Positions 52,401 to 64,000 of a stretch of DNA of 64,000 nt are shown here, in pieces; positions within the stretch are counted from its first letter, which is position 1, and each line of letters begins with the position of its first letter. Position numbers and translations under genes: made by a program. Source of the stretch: Chrysomallon squamiferum (taxonomy: Eukaryota > Animalia > Mollusca); contig CM022679.1 in assembly GCA_012295275.1 (NCBI GenBank), forward strand, positions 6,324,001 to 6,388,000. The letters run 5' to 3'. The notes beneath the pieces are model-generated. The model did not search any database and was not told where the DNA came from. It saw only the letters and a program-made list of their open reading frames with translations.

Positions 52401-54139
52401 CTGATATATTACTCACAAAACATTTACGGCTTATTTATTTATGAAGAATATGTTTGCACTGTTGTAATGATAATTGCTCTCGACAAAGATTATTAATATT
52501 CTTCCTAAATACAAGATTTAGGAAAAGAAAAAAAAAAAAAAAAAAAAAAAAAAAAGCCTGTTAAGGTATATCTGGAATACGTACAGAGCATTATGTGGCC
52601 ATTCATAAATTCGGTTAAATCAGAATAATGTGCTTATGAATCCCTGTATATTTTACAATTATGTGAGCATGTGTGTACATATGCGTTTAGTTTCATGTTG
52701 TAACTTTTTAATATCACTCTGTCAGTGCCTATGTGATTATAATGTGTAGTTGGTTGCGCACATATATGCATGTAACTTTGTGTGTTGTCTGTGTTTGTAT
52801 TTGTATATGTCTGGCTAAGTGTCTGTGTGTGCTATGTGTTTGTTTCTGTATGTGGTTGTATGTGCGTCAGTGAATTAGTCCAAATATCACATGATTCACA
52901 AAGTTATTTTGTTTTATTTATTTCCTGATTTGTTATCAGTAATTAAACTTGGAATGTCGTTATTCTCATATAATCAATAATCTGGCTTACACGCGATATG
53001 TTCCGTTACACCAGCTTTCTAAGTCTAAACATTTAACATAAGAAATATAATTCGGAATAGTTCATCCCCTTTTCAGTTTTTTAACCACAGAAGCCTAAAA
53101 TGAATGGGCATTTCAGTACCCGGATCTTTTTCTACTTCAGACAACACTCGCCCAAAGCACGACAAATCGCGGGATCGTTCTGTGGATTGTTTCGTGAATG
53201 ACACATTAAACAGCACTCGTTACGTAAAGTGCAGATGGATATAACTGTCTGCCTTTTTGCAGAATGGAAATACGTCAGACGGTTTCCTGTGTGCCAGTAA
53301 AAATTACAGTTACAATACTGCAGTTGTGGTTTGGAAGATAATCAAGGAAGGCTGAATAAACCGTGGTCTAAAGTAGAGGTTTATAATGTGTATGTTCTTA
53401 CTCGTGATCATACACTACCTACTGTGTGGGGATTAGTGTTCGTTTGTTTATTATTGCTCTTTTTGTTGCTGTTCTTTTTTTTTTTATCTTTTCTTTTATT
53501 TATCATCAGTATATTAAATATTTTCATATCTCTCTCTCTCTCTCTAAAAAAAAAAAAGATTTCAGTACTGGTATCGTTATCTAATCCTTACTATTTCCAT
53601 TCAGTTTTATGTTTTAACAAAACAAAACAAAAATACATCTCCAACCCACAAAGGACCCCAAAACTAATAAAACACATTAACAACAACAAAAACAGCAATC
53701 TGAGACAATTTAAAATGATATCGGCACTTCAGTGATTATAAATCCACTAAAAAACAGTGATACGATTATTTTAGCCGATGATGTTATGACGAAATCAGGT
53801 TGCGGTGTCCAGTCTTGTAATGAGCTCGACATCAGAGATTTTCAGAATGTACGGAAAAGGAAATAGGTCTTGTATCGGACTGGAATGTAAGATAGAACTG
53901 AAGCGATGAGTAAAAAGTATTGACGAACAGTTTTGCGAAATGCCTCAGTGGAAGATTATTTGATTTTTTGGAATTATAGCACAAAGATGCTTTCAAATTG
54001 CTGTCTGGTGAGTCCGTAATGAGAAATGTCTAGACACAAACAGGCGTTGTCAGTTTTATTCTTCATTATTTATATTACATTATTTATATAAACAATTTCA
54101 TTTGGATTTTCTTATTCAAACTTTCTGTCAGTTTTTTTT

Positions 54140-54143
<4 letters not shown>

Positions 54144-54201
<58 letters not shown>
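54144..54201. repeat. (CT)n microsatellite
   Basis: Direct reading. Confidence 0.95.
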
Positions 54202-54205
<4 letters not shown>

Positions 54206-54791
54206 AATGCAGAGCTGGAACACTAAACATCAAATAACCACTTCTCAATGAACCAAAGAGCTGTTTCCTGTTCCAACCATTATAATGGCTATAGCTGTTT
54301 TTCTTTGTCATATTTATCAACATTATACTAAAATAATTCCTTGTAGTTACCTAATAAAATTCATAAAAAAAAAAAAGTATTATTTCTCTTTCTCTAAGTC
54401 TCTCAATCTTTCTATTTCTTTCTCTCTCTATCTATCCTTCTGTCTTTTTGTCTATCTGTCTATCTATCGATCTATCTATCTGTCTGTCTGTCTCTCTCTT
54501 TATGTCTATACATCATTGCCTCTGGATGCATCATTCTCGCTATTATTGTCTATATTTATGTTTATATACTAATTATAGGAGCACTAAAGACATACAATAC
54601 AAACTCGGCACTGATAAACTAACAAACATATCGATTATCTATAGTTTTTACCAAACTGTCCATCTCGTGTTTTGTGCTCATGTTTTCAGTCCTAATAAAA
54701 ATGTTACCAGTAATCCACATTTTCACAAATAAAAAATGCTGATGACCTGAATGATAATAGAATGGCATGCATCTGTTTTAAATAAATCAGT

Positions 54792-54908
54792 CTGATCATG
54801 ACATTTTACGTAGCTTTGTTGAATGGCATCTAACTTGTAACACAGCGGATAACTCCATTGTTTAATCGGACAGCCCACTGTATTATCGGTCAACCCATTT
54901 CATGACGG
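54792..54908 (+). repeat. Dispersed ~115-bp direct repeat, copy 1
   Basis: ctgatcatgacattttacgtagctttgttgaa...acacagcggataactccattgtttaatcgga...cccactgt aligns with 57457-57570. Confidence 0.75.
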
Positions 54909-56400
54909 GATTCCAATGTAGTGTAGATGAGTAAAGGTCAAAAACATCAGTACATTATGCTTAAGTAGGCTGTTTTGGAAACAATAAAAGATAGTAAATT
55001 ATATTATCAATACTGAAGTTTGTTCGTTTGTCACATGCTAAATGTATATTGTCTTAAACAGATAAATTGGACCTACAAACTATATTTAAAGATTATTATA
55101 TGAATATGTAAATAATGAGAATTATTCGCACATTTATGATCGGGGAGTCACTAACAGAGTGGAAAGCAGTGTGTTTTATGTTTGTTAACGTTAATCTGTA
55201 AAGGCAGATGTTTCAAGTAATGTCAAATATATTCAGTTTTTTTAGTAAAGAAAAGAATAATAATTATGTTTCTATACACTATACACTCAGTAATATAATT
55301 CTGATGAGCTGAAACCTCCCACTTATAAATGCTTTGTCAGATGCATATCAGGTAACAGCCAAATGCATTTGACATGCAGGTGTGTAACAAAATACAGAAG
55401 ACTAGTAGAAAATAGTTTTTAACATAAACGTATATAATTTCTGAATACATTTTGATGTAAGTTAACGATATTAGGAAACCGACATATTCCTCGAAGACAT
55501 TTTAAATACTAATTAGTATGATTTAAGTTACCTTTTTCTCTGTTGATCAGTGAGCTGAAATAATTATATCATCTTTTGACACCATGATTTATTATGTGAT
55601 AGAAAGCGTCATAACATGCTAGATAAATATTCATTTGAAACGTTTATTGAGACATAAGATCAAACTATTAAAACTTCGAGAAATTATTATTATTTTTAAA
55701 TAATCTGGTAATAAACAGATCGGGTGCAGTTATTTATATGCAGTGATATATCTGGGCGTCTTAATCGGATGACATCTTGAATATGCATTCCAAGTTTTCA
55801 CAACTTATCACTTTTTATTTTATTTTAATTAATTAATTTTTATTTATTATTATTATTATTATTTTTAAAATTATAATTACAATTAATCTTTGTTGCTGTT
55901 GTTATTTAGGGACTGGATAGGCTGTTATAAAATGTTTTATCTTAATGTTTTTGAAATTACGGTATAAAAGAAACTGAGAACAAATAATGAGATATATAAA
56001 TTTGTACAGTTTGTCACTGATGATGTTGTTATCATGATGTTTACGATAAAACTACTTGACAGAAATTATTGTACTAAATTACAGACTCTCAACCCTTAAC
56101 CCCACCTGTCTCTCAAACTGACTTAAAGTACAATGTTATAACACTTCTTTTAGACATGGGTGATTGCAATCATCCGAATAATACAATTGATATTTGAATA
56201 TACTGTTTGTATTTCCTATATCATTTTGTTTGTCATCGAGAAATATATTATAATATGTCATCTACTTCTATTATAATGATTTTTATTATTATTGTTATTG
56301 TCGTCGTCGTTATGTTCATGGTTATTTTCGGTTTTCCACTATCTAAAGTTTATCTTATTATCAGTCGGAAGGATGGATTTTCGACCTGCTGCTTTTGCAG

Positions 56401-56537
<137 letters not shown>

Positions 56538-57244
56538 ATTCCATCACACTATTTAATTAAGATTTTGAACCAGATACCATTTCAAAAAAATTATTTTAAC
56601 GTGATCGTCATTCCATTAGAAATTAGATATCTACCATGACACGCTTAATTTCATAGTTTGCAGGACAAATGATTAATTGTGTTAGTTTAAGGAATTACAA
56701 ATGGTTCTATTTCTGTAGGAATCTAAGTCACAATATACCGATCTATTATAAGACGTATTATCAAATTAAAAACGTGCTTTGGGCTGTAATTAATTAAGTA
56801 AAATATAGCTATTGGTTGTGAAGTTCATTTTATTTGTTCATGAAAAATCGATCAGCATTCTCTAGAAGTTCTTTAATAATTCAAAATAGAAAACACGGGA
56901 GAGGAAGATACACGTAATCCATACAGATGTCTTTTTCACGTACAATGAAAAAGATTATGACGTGTCTACGTATCAGTATTATACGAATACTAGACATACA
57001 TAAATATATTTATACGAACAGCTACGAATAAAATAATACATATGCAAACGTATCAACCTCCCTGTTTGGTTACGTGTATATGTATGCGTATGTGCATGTG
57101 CATATATGTATGTATGTATGCATTTACACCACATACTGACGTAACTGTATATCCACTTATCCATTTAGACACACATACTTATGCGCATATATATGTTACA
57201 CATTAACTCATATTAATTTACACGTACAATTAATTTATCCTAAC

Positions 57245-57247
<3 letters not shown>

Positions 57248-57321
<74 letters not shown>
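57248..57321. repeat. (CT)n microsatellite
   Basis: Direct reading. Confidence 0.95.
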
Positions 57322-57324
<3 letters not shown>

Positions 57325-57456
57325 GATCACTGATTTAAGGCATGATAGACTGTAGAACCAATCTTCTTCAGTTTCTCAGAGTAGATGTTTTAGCGTCCTT
57401 GTCAGTGCCGCACGATTTCTCAAATAAATAGCTCTGTCAGCAAGAACTAAATCTGT

Positions 57457-57570
57457 CTGACCATGACTTTTTACGTAGTTTTGTTGAAATGAAACTAATT
57501 AGACACAGCAGATAACTCTGTTGTCTAATCAGAATGCCCATTGTGTGATCGGTTGGTCAGTTCCGTGATT
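57457..57570 (+). repeat. Dispersed ~115-bp direct repeat, copy 2
   Basis: ctgaccatgactttttacgtagttttgttgaa...acacagcagataactctgttgtctaatcaga...cccattgt. Confidence 0.75.
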
Positions 57571-57793
57571 CAAGGTAACTGGATCTAGGATAATATCTTA
57601 AATGTATGTCAAAAACGGAGACAGTGGTAAAATTAATACCCCGATATTTTAAAGAAAGATGTTTGCATTAAATATAATGTGCAAATTTGTTAAGTGTGTG
57701 TGTGTGTATATATATAAGGATAAAAGTAGATACGTATAACAGGAAAATGTTTATATCATTGATGGTAACTAATAGTTTTTTGTAATTTGATAA

Positions 57794-57854
57794 TGATAAA
57801 TTGTATTTCTCGATATAAAGTATATGATAAATTATATTTCTCGATATAAAGTAT
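57794..57854. repeat. 31-bp tandem duplication
   Basis: tgataaattgtatttctcgatataaagtata followed by tgataaattatatttctcgatataaagtat. Confidence 0.85.
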
Positions 57855-58031
57855 GTTATAATGATAAAAATAAATGAAAACTAATAAATAATGACATTTT
57901 ATTCTCTTGATTTCTACTGTCTTTTTAAATAATATGAACTGTAATGGAGTGTATATCTACCCAATGGTTTCCATGTTTTTTCAAGGAATAGAATAACAAA
58001 CAATATGACAACAAAATGTCCACAATTACAC

Positions 58032-58037
58032 TTTATT
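58032..58037 (-). terminator. Candidate distal polyadenylation signal of the ELOVL6-like gene
   Basis: Minus-strand AATAAA followed by a GT/T-rich element (ttttgttgtcatattgtttgtt); the minus strand appears T-rich from the stop codon down to about here. Confidence 0.4.
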
Positions 58038-60580
58038 GTAAATTTATCGTCCCGTGAAATTTCACGCCATACATCACACATTGTTAATTGGTTGTTTGAG
58101 GATTTTCTTCAACAAACTAAAATATAAAATATGATTCAAAACAAAGCAAAACATTTGAAGTATCTTTAAATACGTGCAGTGTTACATGATACATGTAAAA
58201 TGTATTCCGCGTTAAAACGTTTATATATTTAAAAATAAAAAATAAATATAGGAATAAATAAAAAAAGAAAAATAAAAATGAAAAAAGAATTAACTGAAAC
58301 AACATATTGACGATGTTTTAAAAAATCAAACAAATATACGAGAATAATAATAAAAAATAATAATAATAAAGAAAAAAAAAATCAAGAAAGAAAAAATTAA
58401 TTGAAACCGCATATTAATAATACTGAAAAAAAAAAAAAAAAAAAAAAATCAAAATTAAATATAATTATGTAATTTTGTCATGGACTTTACATAAAAATAT
58501 TTTTTTCTCCCGAAAATAAAACAAATGAATACTGATAATAAAAATTTATTATTTCATGAAATTAATTCAAACATGCTCAAAGTAATGCACCAAATAAAAA
58601 GTGCCAGATATACTTTTCATAGCACAACATACATTTCACATAATATATATATTTTGTTTTTCAATATTTTCACTTTTCTTATTTTATATATTTAAAAAAA
58701 ATTACTATTTTACCGACTTCTAAAGATAAGTGTCTAAAATTATTAGATCGAAATCAGTATCAATATTAAACAGTAAATCACATGGAAGGATTGTCCCTGT
58801 ATGTGCGTATTAATGTCAACCGAAACAAACCATTTGGCTTAGAATTTCGTGGGATCTTTAGGAAGAGGTGTTTTATGTTAATATATATAGTTATGAACCA
58901 TCGACCAATTTTCAAAAGATTGATATATGCTAAAAAAAAAAATGAAAAAAAAAAAAAATGTATACTTCAGGTGACAAAGCCTGGATTTCAAAATTATACG
59001 TATATAAACTTTACAATTTTAAATGTAATATAAAATGATTCAGTGTCTGTTTCCTTTATATCTTAAACTACTATAATATGCTACGCTGTGAAAAACAATA
59101 CTACATATATTTATATAAAAACATAGGAAATATATATATTTTACAGTGATACAGTCTGCATGCGATAACATAAATAAAGGTCTATAGTTTAGTATTTTAA
59201 CAATAAATAATTAAACACTTTACACCGGTTCTAATTAAATTGTAAAAATGAAAATAATTATAATAATAATAACAGTAATAATAATAATAATAAAAATTGT
59301 AACAACAACAAATAAAATTCAAAAACACTACAAGATTCTTGGCTTAAACAACAAACACTGAAATATCTTTTGACAGAAATAAAAACAGTTACGGTATATA
59401 CTTGATATTTTATACAAAGCTAAAGCATTACTATAAATTTTGTCTAGCATAAAAATTACGTTTTCTATTGTTGTGCGTTACTCCTTTCAAATCTGTTGAC
59501 ATACGCATACGACGATGAACGAAACTAACGATGCCGTCGAATTTAGACCAGATTCATTGATTATTTTAGCTATGATCACCGTAAACTGATGTAAATAAAA
59601 TATTCATATATTAATAACAATACCTAATTTATTTTCTTTCTATCATGAAAATATTTTTGAAAAATAAATTTAAAAAATAACAAAAAGTAAAAAAAACAAC
59701 ATAATAATAAATAAATAAAAAATAACAAAAAAAAAAGTATACATAAACTACCTTTTGTTTTCTCATTCAGTAACTAAGTGGAATGTACTTAAAAAGTGTA
59801 ACGAATGAATTGTTACTAAAATTAGCCTATTGATGATGATTATCGGATATTAAATCGAGAGTAGCAGCAGTACCATTACAGCACTATTGTTTGTGAATGA
59901 CACTTTAGCAGCTTTATTATTTAACATTATAGTAGTAAATGTTCTACTGTCTAGCACTAAAATTGGCAATAACATAGTAATATTAACATTAGCAGTAGCA
60001 ATATTTCAGCATTTCCAATTCAAGTAAAATTGTAATGGCATTTTTAAAATCGGAACTGGGATTAAGCTACCAATCAATTACGTATCTGGTTCGAATCCAA
60101 CCATGGTGAAAATTTATAAACATAATAATAATAATAAATAAATAAATACATTTTTATTTTGACACGGAATTTTCTTTTCTTCTTATTTTTGTTTTTACCG
60201 TGATCTCTGTTACATTCATTTGTCGATTAAGCCTTAAATCTTATAGTATTTAATACAAGAAAGTAAAATAATGAAAAGGGTAATCACTGGTCAAGCTCGG
60301 TAGAAGAACAACCAATATTAAATTCGTATGATTGTACATGGTGGAATATACAGAACAAACTATGTGACAAACACCGGACAGACATGGAATGAACAGAAGC
60401 TAGTACATATGTATCAGGCCGTTATTTTGACAATGGACCTGAGCTGATTGCAGTTATTAACCATGCACTGATGGTTTAACTACAATAACGGTAATATATC
60501 CGGTAAATACAACAATGACGAATAATACACATACATAGTTCCTGTTATTGTTATACAATAGAAGAAAAAAAAATTAAATG

Positions 60581-60695
60581 ATTAAAAGGATGTTAATAAA
60601 ATTAATTAAAAGAATATTAATAAAACTTAAAAGGATGTTAACAAAACTAACAAAAAGAATGTTAAAATTAATAAAAAGAATGTTAATAAAACTGA
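60581..60695. repeat. Minisatellite, ~5 copies of a 21-24 bp unit
   Basis: Unit approximately ttaaaaggatgttaataaaactaa. Confidence 0.85.
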
Positions 60696-63112
60696 AATAA
60701 AATTTCACAATGTTATAATAATTATACTGCCAACGTAGCTTCTTAAAATGAGGGAAAATAACATTATTATTCATAGCCTACGACGTCCATATATTTCATG
60801 TAAAAATAAAAACAACAAAAAGAGCCAAAAGCCAAACCAAACATGCAAAAAGCAGAATGATGTTAAAGGATGTAACAATAGTATGGAGATCATTAAAACG
60901 AATAACAGTTTTATATTAAAATGCCTGTTGAAAGTATTGAAGATACATTTAGCTGGGAATATCTTACAACTAAATAAGTAAACTTTGCATTTCTGAAGAC
61001 TTCAGAATAATGAACAAACAAGACTTTTATCAAAAGTTCACAAGTGAGTTAACCTAAGGAAGGAATAGCGAAATTCTGAGAATAAGGCCGACGATCTTAA
61101 TGATAAATATCAGAAAATGTTTTCTGGTTAATGGGTTTTACATCTTTTTGAACCGATAATAAAACAGTTATAGTGGCTGAGGTTTCTATGAATGCCACCA
61201 AATATTTTCTGTAATTTGTTCTCCATCCCTGATCTTAAGTGACATTGGAAATATTTATAAATTTACTAATGAACAATTCAAAACAATAAAAAGAAAACAC
61301 CAAAACAATAGCACTGAAATTGAAAGGCATATCCACACGTTTTGAAAATACATATGTGCTCGTATATTCTGTACATAATAAATAAAATAAAAAATAAAAT
61401 AAGTAAACAAATATATAACAACAGCACCATTCGATAACTTATCCACTAATTGAACGTACATGCACCTTATAATTGTAACAGCGTTATGCTGATCGATAAA
61501 ATAGTACTTAGGTTCACTTGAATTATGACACTAACTTGTAAAACTACGATAGAAAATCGACTAGAATGTTTTAAAACATGCCCAAGACACAAATAACAAA
61601 AACAAAGTAAATCAGTCCATATTACACTAAGTATTAATGAGTTTTTTTCAAAAAGACTGAATAATTATTGCTTAGTTTCACATAGAAAATCATTTTATTA
61701 AAATAATAAAACATTTCGAGTTTTCAGAAAATCGGGGATCATATAGTATTTTTATAATTTTTCGAAAAGTAGAAAAAAAAAAAAAAAAAAAAAAATTCAG
61801 ATTAACGTAATAATACAGATACAGTATTTACCTTTCATTTTATAAAATCTCAGTTGTTGGAATGATGATAACTGGAATAATTCTACAAGTTACTGATGTT
61901 TCATTCGAATATTTCTGGTGCTTAATGAATAAAACCCAATTTCCTGATCACTGATTTTTTTCCCTTCATTTTTATAGCTAGTAACGAAATTGTAACTTGA
62001 TATGTTATTCTACCTAGCACAACACGTTAATACTTCATTGATGTATGAAAGAGTCTGGAAAAAGAAGATGATACGGCGTCTAATTTCTTCTTTAAGTATA
62101 TGGAAATAAATGTGTTCTTTAAATAAATATGGTTGATTCTTTTTTTCTTTTGTTTTTCCGACTAAGCTGAACGCTGATTCAGTTTTCATAAATCACGAAG
62201 CTTTTTTTTTCCTTCTGTCTTTTCCCTTTGCTCTTCAGTATTTCGTGATCTTCCAATATTATAGTCCGACTCGTTCAGATAGCGGCTGGATACTTCGCTA
62301 TCGATTTAATAATTTAGCTTAAGTGAACAGCTTGTGGAGAGTCGCTCCAGTAAGGTTGGAGGCGTCTGATGTAACAATACGAATGAGTAACCACATCATG
62401 CGTGCTGTAACGCAATCATTTTTTAAAAGTAGAACGTTAGCGATGACCGTACCGTTGTTCATAACGATGTTTAGTGACATTAATTAACGAGACTTCGTTC
62501 AGCAAAAACATTAGGTGATCTGTGAAACGGAAGGTTGTGAATGCCCTGCTGTTACCCATAAAAAAACAATAATACGATAAACCGGTTTAACAAAACATAC
62601 ATTAATGAATGAAAAATGATGATTTAAGTTCAAATACCTAAATAGATATACAAGCATATATATGCTCAAAACAATGTAGCATATAAAAATTTTGAGTGCT
62701 GTTTACATTATCTCCACTTTTGTTCTTTTTATTTAATAATGATATCTTAGTAGATCTACTAATCACATTAAAATGTCTTAAGAATATTAACATTTCTGAT
62801 TTTTTTGATTTTTTACTCTACAAGTTTAAAATGATTATTTTCTCTCCCGCTTTAACTTTATGAATATTGCATAAATTTTGTCACACTTATATTAATATAA
62901 TTATAATTATATGTTAGCACAAGTTTTGACTACACCAAAACCGGCATAATAAAATCTGAAAAATAATGTAATAAATCTCCATATTTCAACAACATTGTGG
63001 AAGTGCTTTCCTGAATTAATAATTTGATCGTGCTGCAACGTAAGGTCCAAAGTCACTACATTGGCACTTTGGAAAGTTAATATCTCTTATTGTTTTAAGA
63101 CTACAGCAGTAT

Positions 63113-63916
63113 CTATGCAGCTTTCTTAGTTTTAGACTTTTTGTCGATGTATGAGTTGTAGAAGAAATGGGCAAAGAGAATAAAATAACTCAAATACATC
63201 AAGGAAGAATATTTTAAATTTTCGTAGGTCTGTTCGCAGTATTCTCCTTTTGCCTTGACCATGTACACGGAAATATTAACAATACAACCAACCGTCATTT
63301 GCAACAACTGCAACGACGTGATGATTATGTTCACGTATTTAGGAAAGTTGACCCGCATGGCTCGGCAAGCGTAGTAAGTATACATAAACGAATGCACTGT
63401 GAAGTTCATAACCATGAACCACCTACCGGCAGCAGTGTGGGATGCATAGCTGTACCATACATAGAGTAAAACAGTGACATGGTGATACCAGTGAAGGAAT
63501 ATTAGCTGTTGTTTCCTCAAGACGATAAACAGTGTATCTCCTAGCTCAAAAACTTTCGAAACTGTAAATAAACAACACCAAAAACCGGTGGGTCCCATAA
63601 AATAGGACGGCACACATATAGAATATTGATATCCTTTATTGTTCAATGTTGTATAGAGTTCTGGTATCGTGCGGATGGCGCCAATTATGCTGAAAATTGC
63701 TAAAAGACCACTCCAGATCGCCAAAGCCGGTCGTAACCCATAGCTGGGCCGTTCTTTCATGTACATTTGGGCTCCAAAAATGACGAGAACGTACATTCCG
63801 GAGTAGATAAACGAATCAGTCCATCTCTCCAACATGAACTTGAGAAACGAAGGCTCGTCGAAGGATTTTTCGAAGTGGAATACATATGAATAGTTATGTT
63901 CTCCCATTACTGCCAT
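63113..63916 (-). CDS. ELOVL6: Elongation of very long chain fatty acids protein 6-like (GNS1/SUR4 family), 267 aa
   Basis: Uninterrupted ORF with SKVFELGDTLFIVLRKQ, histidine box FLHWYHH, MNFTVHSFMYTYY, ITSLQLLQM and a C-terminal dilysine signal KKAA. The ELOVL3/6 clade is clear; exact orthology is less certain. Confidence 0.93.
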   Translation of the reverse strand: MAVMGEHNYSYVFHFEKSFDEPSFLKFMLERWTDSFIYSGMYVLVIFGAQMYMKERPSYGLRPALAIWSGLLAIFSIIGAIRTIPELYTTLNNKGYQYSICVPSYFMGPTGFWCCLFTVSKVFELGDTLFIVLRKQQLIFLHWYHHVTVLLYVWYSYASHTAAGRWFMVMNFTVHSFMYTYYACRAMRVNFPKYVNIIITSLQLLQMTVGCIVNISVYMVKAKGEYCEQTYENLKYSSLMYLSYFILFAHFFYNSYIDKKSKTKKAA

Positions 63917-64000
63917 CTTGTTTGTAGTAATTCAGCGTTTCACTCACGTGCTTGACTAATTGCAAGAAAAACCCAACACACACCCGCGTTTCTAGGATAA

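Noticed and set aside
60040-60110. GGTTCGAATCC B-box suggesting a tRNA gene
   Set aside because: Only a 3-bp T-stem and no acceptor, D or anticodon arms could be folded; at most a SINE or tRNA remnant.
60581-60695. Regularly spaced repeats resembling a CRISPR array
   Set aside because: Adjacent degenerate tandem units without unique spacers, no cas genes, and a eukaryotic context; it is a minisatellite.

Overview
AT-rich animal genomic DNA with spliceosomal GT-AG introns and many microsatellites. It is not prokaryotic; a lophotrochozoan, probably a mollusc, is my inference. I built seven protein-coding genes by hand from splice sites and reading-frame phase, in strictly alternating orientation. 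In order: an uncharacterised membrane protein (-, 3' part not found in the window), CRLF3 (+), BUD31 (-), PDAP1 (+), a divergent 12-exon arrestin-fold gene (-), CPSF4/Clipper (+) and an ELOVL6-like elongase with an intronless CDS (-). The first six form three head-to-head pairs, each sharing a CpG-retaining promoter. BUD31, PDAP1 and CPSF4 repeat a linkage also found at human 7q22.1. Positions 1 to ~47.7 kb look strongly CpG-depleted and the rest is not, which suggests mosaic methylation. There are also decayed SINE-like copies, a TA-flanked MITE and a perfect 27-bp inverted repeat. Most short ORFs in the supplied track are noise. Family names come from motif recognition only; no search was run.
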